DNA of 64,000 bases from Candidatus Campbellbacteria bacterium (GTDB lineage Bacteria; Patescibacteriota; Minisyncoccia; Phycocordibacterales; EsbW-18): assembly GCA_016699465.1 (NCBI GenBank), contig CP064977.1:619739-683738 (forward strand), given 5' to 3'. Under the pieces are notes generated by a model, which saw only the letters and a list, made by a program, of their open reading frames with translations, had not been told where the DNA came from and searched no databases. Numbering within the stretch: position 1 is the first letter of the stretch; every line of letters begins with the position of its first letter. Below are positions 56,911-64,000 of this stretch, piece after piece. The translations under genes were made by a program, and so were the position numbers.

Positions 56911-58773
56911 ATGTCTGATCCAAATCGTATTACATACATCGGCGAAACGGATTATCGCAACAAGCGAGTGAAGTTTGGTATTAAAGCAAAGGACAGGCTT
57001 CGTCATGTGTACGCTATCGGAAAAACTGGAACAGGTAAGTCGACGCTTCTTGAAAACATGGCAGTGCAAGATATTCAGAACGGTGAAGGATTTGCGTTCA
57101 TTGATCCGCACGGAAAAAGTGCCGACTTACTTCTCGATTACATCCCCGAAAATCGTGTAAATGATGTTTTATACTTTGCACCATTTGATCTCAATAATCC
57201 GGTGTCATTCAACGTTATGGAAGATGTTGGTGCTGATAAGCGCCACCTTGTCGTTGCGGGTTTGATGTCTGTATTTAAAAAGATTTGGGTTGATGCGTGG
57301 AGTGCTCGTATGGAATATATTTTGAGTAACACTATTGCAGCACTTCTCGAATACCCAGGATCGACGCTTCTCTCGGTGAATCGAATGCTCGTTGATAAAG
57401 AGTTTAGAAACACCGTTGTGTCACATGTGACTGATCCAGGCGTAAAAGCGTTTTGGGAACAAGAGTTTGCAAAATATACCGATAAGTTTGCCGCCGAAGC
57501 AACACCTGCAATACAAAACAAAGTGGGACAATTTACTGGAAATCCAGTTATCCGAAATCTCATTGGTCAACCAAAGTCCACATTCAATATTCGTGACATG
57601 ATGGATCAGAAAAAAATTATTATCATAAACCTTTCAAAAGGGCAGGTTGGTGAAGATAATGCAAACCTTCTTGGGTCAATGCTCATTACAAAAATTTATC
57701 TTGCCGCAATGTCGCGCGCTGATTTACGAGAACAAGATTTAAACAAATTGCCAAATTTCTATTTGTACGTGGACGAATTTCAGTCTTTTGCAAACGAATC
57801 ATTTGCCGACATTCTTTCAGAAGCTCGAAAATATAAATTGAATCTTACTATCGCACATCAGTACATTGAACAAATGTCTGAAGAAGTACGTGCGGCAGTA
57901 TTTGGTAACGTGGGAACACTCGTCACTTTCCGTGTCGGTGCAACAGATGCAGAATATTTGGAAAAAGAATTTACACCGACGTTTCTTGCAGAGGATTTAG
58001 TTGGTATTGGTGCATACAGGATGTATTTGAAACTTATGATTGATGGTATGGCATCAGCTCCTTTCTCAGCTGCGGGACTGCCACCAATTACACTACCTCC
58101 GATTTCATATCGTGATGTTGCTATCGGTCGTTCGCGTGCACAATTTTCGCGTCCTCGAGCAATTGTTGAGGATGAGATTTTGAAGTGGCATCAAAAAAAG
58201 TTCACTGTTGCCAGCGATGGTGTAAAAAAAGAAAAAGAGGGTGAGAAAGGAGTAAAAGAACATTCACACGAAGAGGATCGTGGACACACAGAACAGCCGC
58301 GACCACAAACACAATCTCAACCGTTAGTACAACATCAGCCGCGGTCCCAGCCACAACCTCATTCTCAGTCACGATTTCAAAATAATCTGAGTAGGCGTTT
58401 TAATGACAAAAAACCATTAAGCCCCGCGGATAGGGAAACAGAACTTAGAAAGGCAGTGTCTCTTTCGCAACTTCGACCTGAAGAAAAACTACACGAGAAA
58501 AAACCGAACAAAGGACCAACGCCAGAACATTTATCGGCTCTTAGGGATGCGCTGTCGGCAGTTGTGGGAAAAATGCCTGTATCCTCTGAAAAAAAACAAG
58601 CCCCGATGTCTGCACCTGCACCAGCTTCCAAAATAGAGACAAATCCTCAACATGGAGGATCAGTTTCTTTTGCACAAAAAACCTCTGAAGAAAAATCAAA
58701 AGAACCAAAGGCAAATGAAGTTCCTGAAGTTGTCCTGAAAAAACTCTTTGAGCGCGAAACGGAAGGAAAATAA
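56911..58773 (+). CDS. TraD/TrwB/VirD4-like P-loop ATPase (paralog of 11447..14212) with Q/P-rich disordered C-terminal tail
   Basis: Walker A VYAIGKTGTGKSTLL, DPHGKS, Walker B FYLYVDEFQ, ARKYKLNLTIAHQYIEQM...AVFGN; collinear with residues ~500-900 of the first paralog; start at ATG 56911. Confidence 0.7.
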   Translation: MSDPNRITYIGETDYRNKRVKFGIKAKDRLRHVYAIGKTGTGKSTLLENMAVQDIQNGEGFAFIDPHGKSADLLLDYIPENRVNDVLYFAPFDLNNPVSFNVMEDVGADKRHLVVAGLMSVFKKIWVDAWSARMEYILSNTIAALLEYPGSTLLSVNRMLVDKEFRNTVVSHVTDPGVKAFWEQEFAKYTDKFAAEATPAIQNKVGQFTGNPVIRNLIGQPKSTFNIRDMMDQKKIIIINLSKGQVGEDNANLLGSMLITKIYLAAMSRADLREQDLNKLPNFYLYVDEFQSFANESFADILSEARKYKLNLTIAHQYIEQMSEEVRAAVFGNVGTLVTFRVGATDAEYLEKEFTPTFLAEDLVGIGAYRMYLKLMIDGMASAPFSAAGLPPITLPPISYRDVAIGRSRAQFSRPRAIVEDEILKWHQKKFTVASDGVKKEKEGEKGVKEHSHEEDRGHTEQPRPQTQSQPLVQHQPRSQPQPHSQSRFQNNLSRRFNDKKPLSPADRETELRKAVSLSQLRPEEKLHEKKPNKGPTPEHLSALRDALSAVVGKMPVSSEKKQAPMSAPAPASKIETNPQHGGSVSFAQKTSEEKSKEPKANEVPEVVLKKLFERETEGK

Positions 58774-58852
58774 TGTAAAAAGAAAGAAACGCGGTCTCCG
58801 GAAGGGGGGCGCGTTTTAGATTTATTTTATCTTTCAGTGGTAGCGTGTATGC

Positions 58853-60034
58853 ATGATTAAAAAAATAATAGCATGTTTGTGTGTTGGTGGTATGTTGCCT
58901 GCAGTGGCGCATGCTCAAATTACTATAAATGAAATTGCGTGGATGGGTACGTCGGCGTCTGCAAATGACGAGTGGATTGAGCTCTACAACTCTGGAAGTG
59001 ATTCGGTAGCTCTCTCGGGGTGGTTTCTGAAGGCAAGTGACGGTGACCCGGCCATTGCGCTTACTGGTGATATTCCAGCCGGAGGGTATTTTCTACTTGA
59101 ACGTAGTGATGATGAGTCAGTTCCAGGTGTTCCTGCTGGCGTGATATACACAGGTGCGCTTGGTAATGCTGGAGAAACACTTACGCTGTTTGATACAGGG
59201 GGAGTAGTGATAGATAGTGTTATTGGTGGCACAAACTGGTCTCTTGGTGGAGATAATGTGATAAAAAATACACCACAACGACAAGCGGATAATTCGTGGA
59301 TTACAGGTATTCCAACTCCGGGTGTACAAAATAGTACACAACCAATTCAAATAGGTGGTGGCACAGTTTTGGGGAGTAGTACAAGTACATCTGCAACATC
59401 AACAGCATCATCAACAACAAAGAAACCAACTGTTGTGGGATATGTGCAAAATGTGTTTGCGTATGCCGGTGTTGATATACAAACAGTTGCTGATGCATAC
59501 GCTTTTCTCGAGGCGTCTGGTGTTGATGCAAAAGGTGAGCATATAAGCGCAACATCGTATCAGTGGTCATTTGGAGACGGAGACGCGGGTGATGCAAAAG
59601 AGACCGCGCATATATACAGATTTCCAGGGACGTATACAGCCGCTGTGTCACTTATGTCTCAATATCAGCGAGCCCAAGACAACATTCTCGTGCAGGTATT
59701 TCCTGCAGACATTACAATTTCTTCGGTCATGTATGGCGATAGTGGGTTTGTTGAGCTCTATAATAAAAGTGATAGGGCATTAGATCTCTCACTGTGGAAA
59801 TTACAAATAGAGTATGCTGAAGGTAAAAAGATAGGACATACATTTACGTTTCCACGCATGACAACCATTGCTCCACATGCGCAGGTTCCGTTTCCTGCTT
59901 TTACAACAAAAGTGTACATGGCAGAAAAAGATCGTGTCGTACTCTATTACCCAAGTGGAAAAGAAGCTGCCGTGTTTGAAGGTATTTTGTATGATGCCGA
60001 GCATATGAATACGCGCCTTTCAAAAAAGAAATAG
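58853..60034 (+). CDS. secreted lamin-tail-domain (LTD) protein, two LTD copies
   Basis: Signal peptide; ITINEIAWMG...EWIELYNSGSDSVALSGWFL and C-terminal FVELYNKSDRALDLSLWKLQ match the lamin tail domain pattern. Confidence 0.6.
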   Translation: MIKKIIACLCVGGMLPAVAHAQITINEIAWMGTSASANDEWIELYNSGSDSVALSGWFLKASDGDPAIALTGDIPAGGYFLLERSDDESVPGVPAGVIYTGALGNAGETLTLFDTGGVVIDSVIGGTNWSLGGDNVIKNTPQRQADNSWITGIPTPGVQNSTQPIQIGGGTVLGSSTSTSATSTASSTTKKPTVVGYVQNVFAYAGVDIQTVADAYAFLEASGVDAKGEHISATSYQWSFGDGDAGDAKETAHIYRFPGTYTAAVSLMSQYQRAQDNILVQVFPADITISSVMYGDSGFVELYNKSDRALDLSLWKLQIEYAEGKKIGHTFTFPRMTTIAPHAQVPFPAFTTKVYMAEKDRVVLYYPSGKEAAVFEGILYDAEHMNTRLSKKK

Positions 60035-60223
60035 TATATGTGGCCGTTTGTGTGCATGGTGTGCGTTGTTGTTTTTGGAACGATGGCGTTGGTGGTGTAT
60101 CACTACTTTTTTGAAAGGCGTGAAGTTAGTTCATTGTCGGATGTGGTAGGTGATATAGAAATTATTGAGGAATTCCGATAGTTCCAACACAACACACTGA
60201 CGTGGTAGGATAGGGGGACCTGT

Positions 60224-60338
60224 CCCGATAGAGGCTACGGTCGTATCTTTGCTGGGCCGGGTTAAACATATTTCTAGCAAATTTTAACGACTACTGCAGG
60301 TTGCGTATATTCCAGAGTTACAACCTGCCTCTATCGGG
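60224..60338 (+). promoter_or_regulatory. leader inverted repeat that would sequester the start codon of the first glycosyltransferase gene
   Basis: cccgatagaggc (60224-60235) pairs with gcctctatcggg (60327-60338) directly abutting ATG 60339; two internal hairpins (gttaaa/tttaac, ggttg/caacc). Confidence 0.4.
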
Positions 60339-61559
60339 ATGAACAAACCTCGTCGTATTCTCATATTTTCTCTCATGTATTCGCCGTTTATGAGTGGTGG
60401 AGAACTGGCGCCTGATGAAATCACGCGCCGAATTTCGAAAGAAGATATCCACTTCGATCTCATTGCACTCCGTGCTGACAGGCGGTTGTCTGAAGTTGAG
60501 CAGGTTGGCAATGTCACCCTGCACCGGATTGGTCCGGCAAAGGAAAAGATTACCTTTCTCGAACTGGGACGTTTTCCGTGGTATCTCATTAAGGTCTTGT
60601 ATATACCACTTGCAGTGCTCAAGGCTCGCCAACTTATGCGTAAGCGCACATATGACGCATACTGGTGTATTATGACCAATATGGGATTTGTCCCTGTGAT
60701 CTTGCGCATGTTCTTTGGTGATAAAACCCCCTTTGTGCTAACACTCCAAGATGGCGATACTAGAGAGCATATTGTTGAAAGAAAGCGTATCAAGTTTTTT
60801 GGAAGATTATTTAGACACATCTTTACCGATGCGGCATGTGTGCAGGCAATTTCAAGACATTTGGCTGTTTTTGCAAAAGATATGGGATACCCTGGCGAAC
60901 CTAGCATCATTCCAAACGGTGTTGCAGTGGCCGAATATATCAATGCACCGTCAGACGCTATTGTGGGTGTTACACAAGAACTTGAGAAGAAAAAAGGAGA
61001 AATATTTCTCGTCACAACATCACGTCTTGTTGAAAAAAATGGACTTGGAGATGTCGTCGCCGCGTTGCCGCTTCTCGATGTGTCTATCCGTTTTGTTGTG
61101 CTCGGTGATGGTCCACTATTACATGAGTTGCAAAAGCAGGCAGAACGTCTTGGTGTGCGAGACAGGGTTGTGTTCCTTGGTAACGTATCTCGTGAGCTCG
61201 TACCTGCATACCTTCACGCGTCAGATATTTTTATCCGGCCGTCACTTTCAGAAGGGTTGGGAAGTAGTTTTTTAGAAGCAATGGCAGCAGGTCTTCCTGT
61301 GATTGCAACACCTGTTGGAGGTATCCCCGATTTTTTGTTTGATATTGAAGAATATGATGAGAAAGCAACTGGCGTTTTTTGCCAACCACATAATCCCGAG
61401 AGTATCGCGTTTGCTGTGAAGCGGCTTATTAAAGATGTTGGTATGCGTCAAAAGATTTCTCAAAATGGTCGAGCCCTCGTTCTGGAGAAATATGATTGGG
61501 ATCTCGTGGCGCGCTCTATGAAAGAGGTTTTTGAACAAGTATCAGTAGCAGAAAAATAA
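60339..61559 (+). CDS. glycosyltransferase family 4
   Basis: C-terminal GT4 motifs RLVEKNG, FLGNVSRELVPAYLHASDIFIRPSLSEGLGSSFLEAMAAGLPVIATPVGG. Confidence 0.8.
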   Translation: MNKPRRILIFSLMYSPFMSGGELAPDEITRRISKEDIHFDLIALRADRRLSEVEQVGNVTLHRIGPAKEKITFLELGRFPWYLIKVLYIPLAVLKARQLMRKRTYDAYWCIMTNMGFVPVILRMFFGDKTPFVLTLQDGDTREHIVERKRIKFFGRLFRHIFTDAACVQAISRHLAVFAKDMGYPGEPSIIPNGVAVAEYINAPSDAIVGVTQELEKKKGEIFLVTTSRLVEKNGLGDVVAALPLLDVSIRFVVLGDGPLLHELQKQAERLGVRDRVVFLGNVSRELVPAYLHASDIFIRPSLSEGLGSSFLEAMAAGLPVIATPVGGIPDFLFDIEEYDEKATGVFCQPHNPESIAFAVKRLIKDVGMRQKISQNGRALVLEKYDWDLVARSMKEVFEQVSVAEK

Positions 61560-61575
61560 CTTTCAGTTTATCTAT

Positions 61576-62586
61576 ATGCGTATTTTGATAGCAACAGGAA
61601 TATATCCACCGTACGCGGGCGGACCATCGTATTACGCAAAATCTCTCAAAGATGCATTTGAGAAATTAGGTCACACCGTTATCGTTCGAACATTTACCAT
61701 TGAGCATAATCTTCCAACAGGAATTCGGCACTTGGTGTTTTTTTTCAAAACAGTAGTTGCATACATTCGCGCCGATGTAACGCTTGTATTTGACACCTTT
61801 TCTGTCGCATTGCCCGTTGTGCTTCTTCAAAAGTTATTTGGTGGGAAAATGATTATTCGTACAGGAGGGGATTTTTTGTGGGAACAGTACGTGGAACGTA
61901 CACATGAAAAAGTGCCCTTTTCAAAGTTCTATCTACAGGAGCGACACTTTACGCGAAAAGAAAAAATGATTTTTAGTTTAACACGATGGGTGCTTAGATG
62001 TGCTGATCACGTTGTGTTTAATTCAGAATATCAACGACGAATATGGTGTATTCCGTACGTACTTACATTTAAAAAAACATCCATCATTGAAAATGCGTTT
62101 GATGGAAGTACTGTAGACTCATGTTTGCATACAAAGAAAAATTTTCTTTGTATTACTCGTAACATACAAATTAAAAATACAGACATATTACGAAATGCGT
62201 TTGTGTTAGCGCAAAAAAGAAACCCAACCATTTCATTGGATGTGTACTATGATATTCCGCATTCTGAGGCAATGCGCATGCTCGGCTCGTGTTACTGTGC
62301 GATCCTTGTTTCTGTAAGTGATATTGCGCCAAATTTTGCTCTGGAAGCACTTTCTATGCAAAAGCCAATTATTCTGACAAAAGAAAATGGTATTAGTGAT
62401 CGAATTGGAACAATGGCGCTGTATGTTGATCCATTAGATACACAAGCAATTGCTGATGCTATGGTTACAATGGCCGATGATACTACATATGATGCGTATG
62501 TATCACAGATAAAAAAGTTTTCGTATAGGCGAATATATGATGATATCGCGCGTGATTTTATTCAATGTATACAAAATCTTGGTTAG
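61576..62586 (+). CDS. glycosyltransferase (GT4-like)
   Basis: MRILIATGIYPPYAGGPSYYAKSL N-terminus and C-terminal GT-B half. Confidence 0.6.
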   Translation: MRILIATGIYPPYAGGPSYYAKSLKDAFEKLGHTVIVRTFTIEHNLPTGIRHLVFFFKTVVAYIRADVTLVFDTFSVALPVVLLQKLFGGKMIIRTGGDFLWEQYVERTHEKVPFSKFYLQERHFTRKEKMIFSLTRWVLRCADHVVFNSEYQRRIWCIPYVLTFKKTSIIENAFDGSTVDSCLHTKKNFLCITRNIQIKNTDILRNAFVLAQKRNPTISLDVYYDIPHSEAMRMLGSCYCAILVSVSDIAPNFALEALSMQKPIILTKENGISDRIGTMALYVDPLDTQAIADAMVTMADDTTYDAYVSQIKKFSYRRIYDDIARDFIQCIQNLG

Positions 62587-62593
62587 AACGTAT

Positions 62594-63694
62594 ATGAAAA
62601 TAATTTCAATTGGTTCAGATGCAAATCTTTTACTTGAAGGAAGTCCAGTTCGTGATCGAATGAAAGTAATTGGACAAGCGTGTGATGAGCTTCATAGTAT
62701 TGTACCAGGTCATGGCGCTGTACAAAAAATTTCCCCTACTGTATTTGTACATCCAACAAATACAACAAATCCATTTACGCGTGTACGTGCTGCAGTTGCT
62801 GTGGGATGTTCGTTGTCATCGTGTGATCTTGTTACTGCACAGGATCCATTTGAATATGGTATTGCTGCGCTTGCGCTCGGAAAAAAACTCGGTGTTCCTG
62901 TAGAGATACAAGTTCACACCGACATAGGGAGCCCGTTTTTTGGTAGGGGGTGTTCGTGGCAAGAAATGCGAAATAAAATCAGAATGATTGGTGTCAGTGG
63001 ACGTTTGAAACGAGCGGCGAGTGTCCGAGTTGTATCAGAACGAGTTGCGCGCGCAGTTGAACGTCGTGGAGTTGATCGAAAGCGCATTACGGTGTTACCC
63101 GTATATATACAGGGACAAAACTATACCTCTATAGCGCGTACGCCATCGAATCATGAAAAATCTATTCTTATGATCGGACGTCTAGAGGTGGAAAAAGGAT
63201 ATCCGGCAGCGTTTGAGGCATTTGCTCGTGTTCTTAATAGATTCCCTGAAGCGCGTTTGTATATAGCAGGTAATGGACGTTTGCACGCATACTTAATGTC
63301 GTGTGTACAAAAATATAATATTGCACATGCTGTTATTTTTCTCGGCGTAGTAACGGATGTATCTCCATATCTTGCATCTGCAGACGTTTTCTTACATGCA
63401 GCAGTGTATGAAGGATTTGGAGTTGCTGTTGCTGAGGCGGTTCTCGCAGGTGTTCCGTTTGTAAGTACGGATGTTGGTATTGTTGGAACAATACTTCACA
63501 ACGAAAAACATGGGCACGTTGTACCCGTTGGTGATGTTGACGCTATTGCGGACGCGCTCATTGAAACATTATCGTATCCTCAGAGGGCACACGAACAGGC
63601 ACTGTTGGCTGGTGGAGTACTGGCACAATATATATTATCAGCAGATGCGTACGTTGCGCGGTTAAAAAATAATTGGAGTTCAATCAAAAAATAA
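62594..63694 (+). CDS. glycosyltransferase family 4
   Basis: MIGRLEVEKGYPAAFEAF...HAAVYEGFGVAVAEAVLAGVPFVSTDVG; start at ATG 62594. Confidence 0.78.
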   Translation: MKIISIGSDANLLLEGSPVRDRMKVIGQACDELHSIVPGHGAVQKISPTVFVHPTNTTNPFTRVRAAVAVGCSLSSCDLVTAQDPFEYGIAALALGKKLGVPVEIQVHTDIGSPFFGRGCSWQEMRNKIRMIGVSGRLKRAASVRVVSERVARAVERRGVDRKRITVLPVYIQGQNYTSIARTPSNHEKSILMIGRLEVEKGYPAAFEAFARVLNRFPEARLYIAGNGRLHAYLMSCVQKYNIAHAVIFLGVVTDVSPYLASADVFLHAAVYEGFGVAVAEAVLAGVPFVSTDVGIVGTILHNEKHGHVVPVGDVDAIADALIETLSYPQRAHEQALLAGGVLAQYILSADAYVARLKNNWSSIKK

Positions 63695-63698
63695 ATGT

Positions 63699-64000
63699 AT
63701 GCGCTTATTACTAGTTACACAGGTACTTGATACGGAGCATCCAATACTTGGTTTTTTTCATGCGTGGATTGAGGAATTTGCAAAACATTGCGAATCAGTG
63801 ATTGTTATTTGTTTACAAGAAGGAACGTATGCGTTACCACAAAATGTTCGCGTCCTTTCTCTGGGAAAAGAAGAAGGCGTATCACGAATTGAGTATTTGA
63901 GACGATTTTTTCGTTACATATATAACGAGCGAAATAGCTACGATAGTGTATTCGTGCACATGAATCAAATATATGTTGTTCTCGGCGGGGTATTGTGGAG
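63699..64000 (+). CDS. glycosyltransferase, N-terminal fragment (runs off window end)
   Basis: MRLLLVTQVLDTEHPILGFFHAWIEEFAKHCESVIVI is a GT-B N-terminal pattern. Confidence 0.5.
   Translation, partial: MRLLLVTQVLDTEHPILGFFHAWIEEFAKHCESVIVICLQEGTYALPQNVRVLSLGKEEGVSRIEYLRRFFRYIYNERNSYDSVFVHMNQIYVVLGGVLW

Overview
This is a bacterial chromosomal segment. The gene content and several oddities suggest a reduced-genome lineage such as CPR/Patescibacteria: L30 is absent, several ribosomal proteins carry extensions, the 16S 3' end has no CCUCC, and Shine-Dalgarno (SD) motifs are largely missing from core genes. That assignment is inference only.

Features:
- Ribosomal-protein supercluster at 0.8-11.2 kb: rpsS-rplV-rpsC-rplP-rpmC-rpsQ-rplN-rplX-rplE-rpsN-rpsH-rplF-rplR-rpsE-rplO-secY-adk-map. 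It has its own promoter in front of rpsS.
- A large type IV coupling protein-like (TraD/TrwB/VirD4-type) ATPase fused to a 500-aa unknown N-terminal region follows map, then ndk. A second paralog lies at 56.9 kb.
- Other recognisable genes: a beta-CASP MBL hydrolase, a LOG/SLOG-type protein, a GNAT acetyltransferase, speH, an ATP-grasp enzyme, a SAM-dependent methyltransferase, a histidine kinase, a CYTH protein, an ABC exporter, rplT-rpmI-infC, three orphan CheY-like receivers, smpB plus tmRNA, ftsH, an ECF sigma/anti-sigma pair, a WG-repeat protein, recG, a 16S rRNA gene with no 23S downstream, tRNA-Ile(GAU), tRNA-Leu(CAG), a tRNA with a UAU anticodon, murD, murC, two NUDIX hydrolases, rsmI, an MFS transporter, a lamin-tail-domain protein and a run of GT4 glycosyltransferases.

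Observations worth a second look:
- A palindromic repeat family fills intergenic spacers of the ribosomal operon and is also inserted as a ~120-nt expansion of helix 40 inside the 16S gene.
- A 20-bp perfect palindrome occurs three times, each with different but still palindromic flanks.
- Partial tRNA and tmRNA terminus copies sit next to the intact genes.
- A CYTH gene is flanked by 38-bp direct repeats derived from the 3' end of the upstream kinase gene.
- Several short GC-rich islands (versus an AT-rich background) carry orphan ORFs, a frameshifted gene and a tRNA-3'-end-like fragment.
- No integrase, transposase or CRISPR array was found.

All coordinates and calls are from manual reading and are approximate to a few nt.
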